From: Vicinamibacteria bacterium
GTDB taxonomy: Bacteria; Acidobacteriota; Vicinamibacteria; Vicinamibacterales; UBA8438
Assembly: GCA_963578725.1 (NCBI GenBank)
Contig: CAUZDS010000018.1
Span: 84-64,083 of the forward strand
Length of the DNA: 64,000 nt
Reading direction: 5' to 3'
Shown: in pieces, positions 42,964 through 51,638 of the stretch
How the letters are laid out: each line of letters opens with the position of its first letter
Numbering within the stretch: position 1 is the stretch's first letter
Translations under genes and position numbers: made by a program
Notes under the pieces: generated by a model
Databases searched by the model: none
What the model was told of the DNA's origin: nothing
Seen by the model: only the letters and a program-made list of their open reading frames with translations

Positions 42964-43764
42964 TTACGGCTCCGGCTCTTTTGTCGATCGAGGCGCAGCT
43001 TCGCTGGCCGCCACGACGCCATTCACTAGCTCGCCGACGCCCTCCACGGCGACAACGACCCGGTCTCCTGGAACGATCGGACCGACACCAGGCGGCGTGC
43101 CGGTCGAGATGATGTCGCCCGGCAACAGGGTCATCACCGCCGTTACGAACTCGACCAGACGCCGGATCGGGAAAATCATCTCCCGTGTGCTCGAATGCTG
43201 GCGGCGCTCGCCGTTGACGCGCGACTCGATACCGATCGGATGGTCGAGATCACCGGCGGCGACGCAGGGCCCGACCGGGGCGAATGTGTCGAACCCCTTG
43301 GCCCGGGTGTACTGGATATCGCGCCGCTGCAGGTCACGGTCGGTCACGTCGTTGACGCACGTGAAACCGAGCACATACTCGTGCGCCCGAGCAGCCGGCA
43401 CCCCGCGCGCAGTCCGGCCGATCACCACGCCCACCTCCGCCTCGTAGTCGACGCGCCCGGCATCGTGCGGGATGATGATCGACGCACCGGTACCGATCAC
43501 GGCGGTCGACGGCTTCAGGAAGATCAGCGGCACCTCGGGCAACGCCTTGTTCATCTCGACCGCGTGGTCTTTGTAGTTCAGTCCGACCGCAACGATCTTA
43601 GACGGTACGACCGGCGCCAGCACACGCGTCACCGGTCCCTCCACCGGCGCGCCGACGCCGTACTGCCCGAAGGAGTCCCCCTCGAGGAGGTACCAGACGC
43701 CGTCGCGACGCACGGCGTGTCGGGCGTGTCCGCCGCACTCGATCCGATAGATGGGGTCAGTCAT
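42964..43764 (-). CDS. fumarylacetoacetate hydrolase (FAH) family protein
   Basis: 266 aa. ...KIVAVGLNYKDHA.E....P..P.IFLKP...DYE.E.GVVIG...A..YV.G....NDVT.RD.Q... Confidence 0.85.
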   Translation of the reverse strand: MTDPIYRIECGGHARHAVRRDGVWYLLEGDSFGQYGVGAPVEGPVTRVLAPVVPSKIVAVGLNYKDHAVEMNKALPEVPLIFLKPSTAVIGTGASIIIPHDAGRVDYEAEVGVVIGRTARGVPAARAHEYVLGFTCVNDVTDRDLQRRDIQYTRAKGFDTFAPVGPCVAAGDLDHPIGIESRVNGERRQHSSTREMIFPIRRLVEFVTAVMTLLPGDIISTGTPPGVGPIVPGDRVVVAVEGVGELVNGVVAASEAAPRSTKEPEP

Positions 43765-45227
43765 CGCGCCGCGTCCTCCGCCTGACCGGATAGCGGGCTG
43801 ACGTTGGGTGGCGTCGCCGTATCGACCGCGCGCACGGCATACACATAGCGCACACCCGGTTCGGCGGTCGTGTCCCGGTAGGTGTTCTCTGGCACCGGCG
43901 CCGGGGTGAGCGGCTGCAGTGTCTCACCTGGCGGCACGCCGCGCAAGACCAGATACCCGGCCAGGTCTTGCTCGTCGTTCGGCTGCCAGATCAGGCTGAT
44001 GGCTCCTTCGCTGCCAACGGCGGTCAGCCCTTCGGGCGCGGCCGGGGAAAAGGTGTCGGCGAGGATGACACAGGTCTGGAGCGACAACTCGCTGCGAACG
44101 TCGAGCCCACCCACGACGTCGAGAGTGCGCACGGCATAGCAGCGTGAGACCCCGAACTCGACACGGCGGTCCGCATATGAACGAGTCGAAAGCGGTGTTG
44201 CGTTGAGCGGCAGCGTCAGCGGCCCGTCCTCCGGATTGACGACCTCGAACACCTCGTAGCGGGACGGGGGGGGCCACTCGACAATCGGACGGGACACCAG
44301 CACAGGCTGCGCCAGGACCGTGGGAGGCGTGGCGGCGGTGCCACTGGTCGCGGGCGGGGTCGCGGGCGGGGTCGCGGGCGGGGTCACGGACGAGGTCGCG
44401 GGCGGGGTCACGGACGAGGTCGCGGGCGGGGTCGCGGGCGGGGTCACGGACGAGGTCGAGATCGCGGGCGCCTGCACCGCGCTGCGCGCCCCCGGCGCCG
44501 GCGCCCACGTTATGTTGATCACGTCCGCGGTGTAGGTAACCGCGGGCGCAGGCGGCGGCTCGGGCGAGTCCACCAGGGGCACGGCGATCCGTGTAGCCGA
44601 TTCCACTGCGTCCCCCCTGCTGGACAGACCCACCACCATGTACTGCCGCTGCAACGGACCGGGCGACGGCCGGGGCGTCAGCGGCACGATCACCCGCCGC
44701 GTCGGCCTCTGCTGCTCCTCGTCCTCCTCGTCCTCCTCGTCCTCCTCGTCGTCGCGCTCGGCTGCCCACGGGTCCACCGGCACCAGCGCCGCCGCCGTGA
44801 GACTCTCCGAAACGGCGACCGGAGAACCCAGCGCTGGCCGGGGGTCGGCGGGGTCCTCAATCAGATCCGCTCCCTCCAAGCCGACCTGCGGCTGCAGTGG
44901 CCGTACCGCGACCGAGGCAACCAGCGTCGCCGACTCCTCGAACTCCTCAAGATCAAGCGTCCGATCTGCCGGGATCCGCGGCTGCGTGGTCAGTGCGTAC
45001 ACGTCCACCCGGACGAGATCGGCCGGCTCGGTGCCGTCTTGATTCCCCGTAGGAAGCGTGAAGCTAACATGCACCTCGTTCGCGAACCGCCGCACCACCA
45101 ACTCGGTCACCGGTGCCGGCACCTGCACGAACGGCGGCAGCGGTGGGCCCTTCATGCCACATCCGCAGAGCTCCGCCACCACAACCAATCCGACGAGCAG
45201 CGTGCTTCGGCGCCCGAACAGGGTCAC
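43761..45227 (-). CDS. repeat-rich lipoprotein with fibronectin type III-like modules
   Basis: GTG start overlaps the hslU stop. Lipobox VAELCGC. Contains an acidic [13 protein letters not shown] run, a PPAT/SSVT repeat block, and a C-terminal FN3-like ...[30 protein letters not shown]...[20 protein letters not shown]. Confidence 0.6.
   Translation of the reverse strand: MTLFGRRSTLLVGLVVVAELCGCGMKGPPLPPFVQVPAPVTELVVRRFANEVHVSFTLPTGNQDGTEPADLVRVDVYALTTQPRIPADRTLDLEEFEESATLVASVAVRPLQPQVGLEGADLIEDPADPRPALGSPVAVSESLTAAALVPVDPWAAERDDEEDEEDEEDEEQQRPTRRVIVPLTPRPSPGPLQRQYMVVGLSSRGDAVESATRIAVPLVDSPEPPPAPAVTYTADVINITWAPAPGARSAVQAPAISTSSVTPPATPPATSSVTPPATSSVTPPATPPATPPATSGTAATPPTVLAQPVLVSRPIVEWPPPSRYEVFEVVNPEDGPLTLPLNATPLSTRSYADRRVEFGVSRCYAVRTLDVVGGLDVRSELSLQTCVILADTFSPAAPEGLTAVGSEGAISLIWQPNDEQDLAGYLVLRGVPPGETLQPLTPAPVPENTYRDTTAEPGVRYVYAVRAVDTATPPNVSPLSGQAEDAAR
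44346..44453 (-). repeat. nine tandem 12-nt units (two unit types, pattern AAABABAAB) encoding PPAT/SSVT repeats
   Basis: Plus-strand units are GGTCGCGGGCGG (A) and GGTCACGGACGA (B), in frame within the lipoprotein gene. Confidence 0.9.
44715..44753 (-). repeat. four tandem 9-nt units (CTCCTCGTC) encoding a DEE repeat
   Basis: CTCCTCGTC occurs four times followed by GTC, in frame within the lipoprotein gene. Confidence 0.9.
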
Positions 45228-46639
45228 AGGATGTAACGGGAGAGGTCCTCATTGCCGACGATATCGGCCAATATCCGGTCGACATAGGCCGCATCGATGA
45301 CGATCGTCTTTTCGTCGAGATCCGGCGCGTTAAACGAGATCTCGTCCAGGAGCTTCTCCATGACGGTGTGCAGCCGACGCGCACCGATGTTCTCGGTGCG
45401 CTCGTTGACCAGCGTCGCGAACTCTGCGATACGGTCGACGGCGCCGGCCTCGAAGCTCAGAGCGATCCCCTCGGTGGCGAGCAGCGCGGTGTATTGCTTG
45501 ACCAGCGAGCCCCGCGGCTCGCTCAGGATACGCACGAAGTCCTCGGTTTCGAGGGCATCGAGCTCGACCCGAATCGGAAAGCGTCCCTGCAGCTCCGGGA
45601 TCAGGTCAGACGGCTTGACGACATGAAACGCGCCGGCCGCAATGAACAGGATGTGGTCGGTCCGCACCATGCCGTGCTTCGTGTTGACCGTCGTCCCCTC
45701 AACGATCGGCAGGATGTCTCGCTGCACACCCTCGCGGCTTACGTCCGGTCCATGCCCGCCCTCGCGGCCGGTGATCTTGTCGATCTCGTCGACAAAAATG
45801 ATGCCGGCCTGCTCGACCCGCTCAACGGCCGCCTTGCCTACGCTCTCGCTATCGACCAGCTTCTGCTCTTCCTCCTGCACCAGATGGTCGAGCGCTTCCG
45901 GTACCTTGACCCGACGCTTCCGCGACCGCCCCTGAAACATGTTGGGCAGCATGTCCTTGATATTGATGTCGATCTCCTCGACCGAGGACCCGGAGATGAC
46001 CTCGAATGACGGAAAGCTCTTCAGGGCGACATTCACCTCGACCTCGCGATCATCGAGACGCGCTTCGGCGAGCTGTGCTCGCAGCCGCGCCCGTGTGCGC
46101 TGATGCTGCTCGCTGGCCGGGCCGGGGTCGTTCTCCCGGACCGAGGGTGGCAGCGGCGGCAACAGCAGATCCAGCAGCCGCTCCTCGGCGTTCTCGCGGG
46201 CCTTCATCCGCACCTCGACCAGCCGCTCCTCCCGCACCATGTCCACCGCCAACTCGACGAGGTCGCGCACCATCGACTCGACGTCGCGCCCCACATAGCC
46301 GACCTCGGTGAACTTCGACGCCTCGACCTTAATGAACGGCGACTGCGCCAGGCGTGCCAGCCGCCTGGCGATCTCGGTCTTGCCGACACCGGTGGGACCG
46401 ATCATCAGGATGTTCTTCGGCGCCACCTCCTCGGCCAGATCCGATGGGAGCTCTTGACGCCGCATCCGGTTCCGCAGGGCCACCGCGACAGCCCGCTTCG
46501 CCTTCGCCTGCGAAATGACGTACTTGTCGAGCTCAGCGACGATCTGGCGTGGGGTCAGGCTGTCGATGGACAACTCGGTCGTGCCGTCCAGCCGGGTCGG
46601 CGTGACTGACTCGGTCGACTCGGGAAGGTAGATGGGCAT
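45224..46639 (-). CDS. hslU: ATP-dependent protease ATPase subunit HslU
   Basis: ...[29 protein letters not shown]...[17 protein letters not shown]. The start is trimmed to Met28 (46639), after the hslV stop. Confidence 0.93.
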   Translation of the reverse strand: MPIYLPESTESVTPTRLDGTTELSIDSLTPRQIVAELDKYVISQAKAKRAVAVALRNRMRRQELPSDLAEEVAPKNILMIGPTGVGKTEIARRLARLAQSPFIKVEASKFTEVGYVGRDVESMVRDLVELAVDMVREERLVEVRMKARENAEERLLDLLLPPLPPSVRENDPGPASEQHQRTRARLRAQLAEARLDDREVEVNVALKSFPSFEVISGSSVEEIDINIKDMLPNMFQGRSRKRRVKVPEALDHLVQEEEQKLVDSESVGKAAVERVEQAGIIFVDEIDKITGREGGHGPDVSREGVQRDILPIVEGTTVNTKHGMVRTDHILFIAAGAFHVVKPSDLIPELQGRFPIRVELDALETEDFVRILSEPRGSLVKQYTALLATEGIALSFEAGAVDRIAEFATLVNERTENIGARRLHTVMEKLLDEISFNAPDLDEKTIVIDAAYVDRILADIVGNEDLSRYIL

Positions 46640-46677
46640 CTCGGTTCGCTGGAGGCGGGCCTTCGCAGTCCGGTCTG

Positions 46678-47211
46678 CTACAACTCTTCGATCGTGACAT
46701 TGGCGTTCGTATAAATGCAAATGGACGCGGCTATCTCCATCGCGTGCTCAGCTATGTCCCGGGCCCCGAGTTTGGTGTGCCGCGCCAGCGCCTTGGCCGC
46801 CGCCATCGCATAGGTGCCCCCCGAGCCGATCGCAACGATGCCGTCGTCCGGCTCGATCAGATCGCCGGTCCCGGACAGCAAGAAGGTCGTGTCGGCGTCG
46901 AGGACGATGAGCATCGCCTCGAGCCGACGCAGGACACGGTCGGTCCGCCAGTCCTTGGCCAGCTCGACCGCGGAGCGCTCCAGATTGCCGTGATACTGCT
47001 CCAGCTTGGACTCGAACCTGGAGAACAGCGCGAACGAGTCGGCGGCGGAGCCAGCGAACCCAGCCAGGACCTGGTCGTTGTAGAGCCGTCGGATCTTGCG
47101 GGCGTTCTGCTTCACCACGGTGTCACCGAAGGTGACCTGTCCGTCGCAGGCCATGATGGCGCACCCAGCGTGACGCAACGACAGCACGGTTGTACTCCGT
47201 ATCATGATCAT
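46678..47211 (-). CDS. hslV: ATP-dependent protease subunit HslV
   Basis: 177 aa. ...[10 protein letters not shown]...MA.DGQVTFG.TVVK.NA.K.RRL...AGFAGS.ADSF. Confidence 0.93.
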   Translation of the reverse strand: MIMIRSTTVLSLRHAGCAIMACDGQVTFGDTVVKQNARKIRRLYNDQVLAGFAGSAADSFALFSRFESKLEQYHGNLERSAVELAKDWRTDRVLRRLEAMLIVLDADTTFLLSGTGDLIEPDDGIVAIGSGGTYAMAAAKALARHTKLGARDIAEHAMEIAASICIYTNANVTIEEL

Positions 47212-47427
47212 GCGCCGAGCCTATCCAAAGGGCGGAAACGGTGTCAATGCGACGTCCCGCTGGGATGCGGGCCTGACCGACGTAGCTTGGACGAAAGAGG
47301 AAAGACGCGGCGACGGAACGTGAGGTCCAGATAACCCGTGGTGACGGCCCTGCTGTAATTGACCGGCGCTGCATCTCGCTCGGACGGCATTGCTCATCGG
47401 TCACACGCGCGAGTCGCGAATCCGGAA

Positions 47428-48885
47428 TCAGGCACCGGACTGCTCCCCGCGTCGCATGAGGAGGTAGAGGGGAGCGCCGGCGGCGATGACCAGGACGCCC
47501 GCACCAGCGGTGCCCGGGCTGCGCCACAACGCGTTCAGGACGATGAGCAAGCTGGCCAGGATAAAAACGAACGGCGCGACCGGATACCCCCACGCCCGGA
47601 ACGGCCGAGGCTCGGAGGGGTCGCGGCGGCGCAACACGAACAGGGCCGCGACCGCGACACCAGCAAAAAGCACCACTGCGAAGCCCGTGTACTCGACCAA
47701 TTGGTCGAAGCGACCGGACAGGACGAGCAGACTGGCCCAGATCCCCTGGGCGAGGATCGCGACCAGCGGCGTGCGGAAGCGCGGATCTACCCGCGCGACG
47801 ATGGCGGGGAACTGTCCGTCTCGAGCCATCGCATAGTACACGCGCGGACCGGCCATGACCATCGCACTGATGCTCGCCCCGATCATGACTACCGAGGCGG
47901 CCGCGAACGGCGCGGCGACCGCAGACCCGAAGAGGCTCTCGATCGCCGCATCCACGACAGCGGTGTCCAGCGTGGCGAACTCCGTTACCGGCAGAGCGTA
48001 GATGTAGAGCAGGTTCAGAAGCAGATAGATCACGACCACCACGATCGTACCCAGTCCGAGCGCGATCGGCACGTTACGTCCAGGGTCCCGGATCTCTCCG
48101 GCGACGTACGCAGCAGCGTTCCACCCCGAGTAGCTGAACATTACCGGGATGAGCGCCAGCACCCAGAGTGTGGGTGACACGCTTCCCCCTGCGGTGAAGT
48201 GGGTAACGTCCCCCTCGCCGAACCCGAACCCGAGCGTCACCAACGCAACGAGCAACGCGACCTTCAGCCCGGCGAGAACGTTCTGTACGATCCGGCCTGG
48301 ACCAAGGCCGAAGACGTGCACCGCAGACAGGGCGGCAATCACCCCAATCGCCGTGATCGCCTGGGGCGACACCGCGAGATCGACCAGACCCAGCCGCACC
48401 GAGAGGAGCGGCGTCGTGTCGCCGGCGGCTGGCAAGAACCGGCTAAGGTAGCTGGCCAGCCCAACCGCGCTGGCAGCAATAGCGCCGGCGAACCCGGCGA
48501 TGAACGAGGTCCATCCGGTGAGAAACGCCGCGAGCGGGCCAAACGCCTCCCGCAGATACACGTACTCGCCGCCGGCCCGGGGCCGTAGCGCCGCCAACTC
48601 CGCGTAGGCCATCGCCCCGGCGAATGCCAGTCCGCCACCGGCCACCCAGACGGTGAGCATCGCCCAGGGATGGGGTACTGACTGTGCGACGAACGCAGGC
48701 ACCAGGAAGATGCCGCCGCCGATGACGTTGGAGACGACGAGCGCGGCACCGTCCAGCGGACCGAGACGGCGCTCGAGCGCGGGACGCACGGCTGCGGCAC
48801 CCGGCGAGGCGGCTGGATATGCGGGCACGCGGGCTACCGCATGAGCGGCTGGCGGTCGACGTCGACCGTGTCCAGGCGGACCCAC
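47428..48885 (-). CDS. APC superfamily amino acid permease; start uncertain (GTG 48828 would avoid overlap with the upstream gene)
   Basis: About 12 TM segments. ...ALVVSNVIGGGIFLVP...YAELAALRPRAGGEYVYLREAFG is the typical APC N-terminal signature. Confidence 0.8.
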   Translation of the reverse strand: MGPPGHGRRRPPAAHAVARVPAYPAASPGAAAVRPALERRLGPLDGAALVVSNVIGGGIFLVPAFVAQSVPHPWAMLTVWVAGGGLAFAGAMAYAELAALRPRAGGEYVYLREAFGPLAAFLTGWTSFIAGFAGAIAASAVGLASYLSRFLPAAGDTTPLLSVRLGLVDLAVSPQAITAIGVIAALSAVHVFGLGPGRIVQNVLAGLKVALLVALVTLGFGFGEGDVTHFTAGGSVSPTLWVLALIPVMFSYSGWNAAAYVAGEIRDPGRNVPIALGLGTIVVVVIYLLLNLLYIYALPVTEFATLDTAVVDAAIESLFGSAVAAPFAAASVVMIGASISAMVMAGPRVYYAMARDGQFPAIVARVDPRFRTPLVAILAQGIWASLLVLSGRFDQLVEYTGFAVVLFAGVAVAALFVLRRRDPSEPRPFRAWGYPVAPFVFILASLLIVLNALWRSPGTAGAGVLVIAAGAPLYLLMRRGEQSGA

Positions 48886-49322
48886 TGGTCGCCACGGTGC
48901 TTCACGAACAGGTCCATCGCCACATCGACGAAGTCGCCATGCGCCAGCATCTCGGCCTGAGTCTGCTCACCGGTGTAGCCTCGCCCCGACTCGAGCCGGA
49001 ACACCGGCGTGGACCGGCTTGGCTCAAGCCCTTCGCCGCCGAACGCGCGGACGTAGGTGGTGCCCCATTCCTCCTCCTCACCCTGCCGCCGAAACACGCC
49101 ATTGAGCTGGAGGTAGCGAATCGTGTCGTCGGTCGCGTTTTCGAGCCGGAACGACACCGACGGCACGAGCTTGTTGCGACCCAGAGTGTCGAGGCCGGCG
49201 TCGTACCAGCCGCTCGAGACCTGCGTGAGCCGTAGCGCGGTCGGTACGTCGAGGGATGGTCCGCCGCAGCCGGACATGACGAGTGGGCCGAGCAGAAGCC
49301 CGAGATACACTCTCAACGTCAT
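48834..49322 (-). CDS. hypothetical lipoprotein
   Basis: Signal peptide MTLRVYLGLLLGPLVMSGC (lipobox). No family recognised. Sits between the anti-sigma factor and the permease. Confidence 0.5.
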   Translation of the reverse strand: MTLRVYLGLLLGPLVMSGCGGPSLDVPTALRLTQVSSGWYDAGLDTLGRNKLVPSVSFRLENATDDTIRYLQLNGVFRRQGEEEEWGTTYVRAFGGEGLEPSRSTPVFRLESGRGYTGEQTQAEMLAHGDFVDVAMDLFVKHRGDQWVRLDTVDVDRQPLMR

Positions 49323-49407
49323 GCGCCGATTGTAGCCCACCGGGCTGGTGGACGCACCCGCCGCCGCTGTGATCCGTGAGCAGGCGCCGGTGTTACCAGG
49401 ACGCCCA

Positions 49408-50193
49408 TTACCGCGCCGAGATCCGCATCAGATAGTCCAGCAGCTCGCGTCGCCGCACCAATTCCTCCCCCGTCACCTCGAATTCACCGAACGCGCGCTG
49501 CATCTCGATTAGGTCGGCCTGGCGCTGGTTCGCGATCTGCTGCTCCACCTGCCGCACGCGGGCATCGAACGTATCTTCCTGGCGTTGTTCGCTCTCGCGG
49601 ATCAGCTGCCGTACATTCCGCAGCCCCTCGTCGTCGATGGCCGCGGCCCGTCGCCCCGCAGGCAGTTTGGGGCCAGGCCGCAGCAGGTCCTGAGACTGGG
49701 ACGCCACCACGACCGGCGGCCCACTCACGGCCTCCGTCTCCTGCGCCTCGACGGTCGCCAGATCCGATAACGGCGCAGACCCCCCATCCTGCCGGCTGGC
49801 AGCAACGGGCTCGGTCGCGCTCCAGCCAATCCGGACCACTATCCCGTCAGGCCAGACCTGAACCTCGGAGCGCGCGACGGTGGCGGCAGCCACCAGTACC
49901 AGTGCCGCGGCCGCCGCGAGACCCCAGACCGGCGGCCGTTGGAATCGACCCCAGAACGACACCGATGCGGGCTCCGGATGCGCGTCGGAGACCACACGGA
50001 ATCCGAGCCTGGTCTCGGGCGGGACCCAGGCGTCGAGAGCACCTCGAACGTCCTTCAACCCGCCGACTTCATCGGCACACCGCGCGCAGCTGCGTAGATG
50101 CGCCTCGACGCGGGTGCGTGCCTCCGCGTCGCCTTCGCCATAGAGGTAGTCGATCAACGCGTCCTTCTCGACACAGGTATTGGTCTTGGTCAT
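49408..50193 (-). CDS. anti-sigma factor (zf-HC2 N-terminal domain, single TM)
   Basis: H..SC..C motif (HLRSCARCADEV), TM VWGLAAAAALVLVAAATV. The start overlaps the sigma factor stop. Confidence 0.7.
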   Translation of the reverse strand: MTKTNTCVEKDALIDYLYGEGDAEARTRVEAHLRSCARCADEVGGLKDVRGALDAWVPPETRLGFRVVSDAHPEPASVSFWGRFQRPPVWGLAAAAALVLVAAATVARSEVQVWPDGIVVRIGWSATEPVAASRQDGGSAPLSDLATVEAQETEAVSGPPVVVASQSQDLLRPGPKLPAGRRAAAIDDEGLRNVRQLIRESEQRQEDTFDARVRQVEQQIANQRQADLIEMQRAFGEFEVTGEELVRRRELLDYLMRISAR

Positions 50194-50846
50194 CGATCTA
50201 GTGTCACCACCTCCTTGCGACTGCTTCCAGCCTCAAGAGACAGCCCGACCACAGTGGCGGGGCCCTGCACGCCGCGGCGCTGCAACTGACGCCGCAACAC
50301 ACCGAGACCCTGGTAGAGCCTGGTCTTGACGGTGCTCAGTGGACATCCCTGCAGGTCGGCGATCTCCTGGAACGTCAGCCCGTGATATTCCTTCAGCACG
50401 ATCGTGGCGCGCTGCTCCTCAGACAGGACCGACATCGCGCGTGTGATGACCCGACCGAGATCGCGCCGGATCGCTCGATCCTCGACCGATCCCATCGGGC
50501 CTTCGACCGCCGCCGGCTCGGTGTCGAGTGGCGTGACCACCGACGTCCGCCGCTCGCGGCGGATCCAGTCCCGGCAGAGGTTGAGCGCGATCCGGTAGAG
50601 CCAGGATGAGAACTTGGCCTGGCCCTTGAACCCCTTGAGCGCGCGAAAAGCCCGGAGAAACGTTTCCTGACAGATGTCTCTGGCGTCCTCTTCCTGGCCG
50701 AGCACACGATACGCCAGGGCATAGATTGGCCGCTCCCAGCGCACGACGAGCTGGTTGAAGCTCTCCGGGTCCCCAGCGGTGGAGAGCGCGACGAGCTCTT
50801 CGTCAGTCCTCTGCATGCCGAGAACAGCGGCCTGGGCTCCGCTCAT
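50190..50846 (-). CDS. ECF-type RNA polymerase sigma-70 family factor
   Basis: Region 2 ...ICQETFLRAFRAL..F......FSSWLYRIALNLCRDW.R and region 4 ...VLKEYHGLTFQEIADLQGCPLSTVKTRLYQG. Confidence 0.85.
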   Translation of the reverse strand: MSGAQAAVLGMQRTDEELVALSTAGDPESFNQLVVRWERPIYALAYRVLGQEEDARDICQETFLRAFRALKGFKGQAKFSSWLYRIALNLCRDWIRRERRTSVVTPLDTEPAAVEGPMGSVEDRAIRRDLGRVITRAMSVLSEEQRATIVLKEYHGLTFQEIADLQGCPLSTVKTRLYQGLGVLRRQLQRRGVQGPATVVGLSLEAGSSRKEVVTLDR

Positions 50847-51120
50847 GGTGTTCCGTGCAGGTCGTAATCACCTGCGGCTCCAAGGAAAGCTGGACATGCC
50901 TCGTAATCGGCGCCGTGTACTCCGGAGGCGACCACGGCCCCGCACCTCCGACACCTGATTAGACGCTATCTGGGCCGACGTGGTCTGCACTAATCTCCTC
51001 CACACAGTGCCACAGCGACCGCGGGTGCGGTGGGCTGGTACCCCGGTATCTTGTGGCCCAGCCACGCGTCGCATTCAGACGCTTGGTACACGGTACCGCG
51101 TACGGTCGGAACACGGTACG

Positions 51121-51214
51121 ACGAGGGAGTTTACCGACCAGTATTCGACCGAGAAGCCACGCCGACTGGCGAAATGTAGCGCGCGTCGAATGCAGCGTGG
51201 CTTCGCCGCGGGCT
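51121..51214 (+). repeat. copy A of a ~95-nt conserved intergenic element (paralogue at 60921-61017)
   Basis: Shares ACGAGGGAG, TTCGACCGAGAAGC, ACGC, CGTCGAATGC and GCGGGCT with copy B, in the same order and with spacing conserved to within 1-2 nt. Confidence 0.8.
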
Positions 51215-51321
51215 AGCAGTGAAGCTCCGCCTCAAACCGCCCAGACGGTCGTCGTCCCCGCATCACTGCCTGGCATTCATCCCTGTCCCGCCACGCGTGG
51301 GCTAAACATCTCCGGCGGTGA

Positions 51322-51591
51322 AAAAGTTGGCCCAGACGTGACGATCTCGCCTATGGGGAGCCCTACCGTATCATTTTGGGTCTGCGACAGGTCTTGTCAG
51401 TGGCCCGTTGACCGCTGAAAAAGCGGGTCTGAGCCATGGAATGATGCTAAACTTCCTGCATCATCATCACCGGGTTCTCGACAGAGGCCAGAGCCATCGA
51501 GGCCGCCAATCTCGGTGTGTCGGGATACCTCACGAAGCCATTCAAGGTGCCAAAGGTGCTCACGGTCGCGGCCAGGGCGCTCGGCGAGTAG
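51322..51591 (+). pseudogene. decayed CheY-like response-regulator receiver domain
   Basis: A single frame reads ...PYRIILGLRQVLSVAR*PLKKRV*AME*C*TSCIIITGFSTEARAIEAANLGVSGYLTKPFKVPKVLTVAARALGE*. The beta4-alpha4-beta5-alpha5 part is clear. In-frame stops lie at 51409, 51430, 51442 and 51448, with another at 51319 upstream. There is no start codon and the acidic pocket is lost. Confidence 0.55.
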
Positions 51592-51638
51592 CCTCGCCAA
51601 CCGCCACCGGCCACCCCACCCGCCCGCTTCACGCGAGC

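Noticed and set aside
44346-44453. Regular short repeats that could be mistaken for a CRISPR array.
   Set aside because: The units are 12 nt with no spacers, lie in frame inside a protein-coding gene, and encode a PPAT/SSVT linker. No cas genes are present.
51160-51214. ZTP (pfl-motif) riboswitch resemblance in element A (GACTGGCGAA and CGCCGCGGGC).
   Set aside because: Copy B has GACAGGCG at the supposedly invariant site. The 3' pseudoknot sequence does not match CCGCCTGGGC. The downstream genes are not purine/folate genes.
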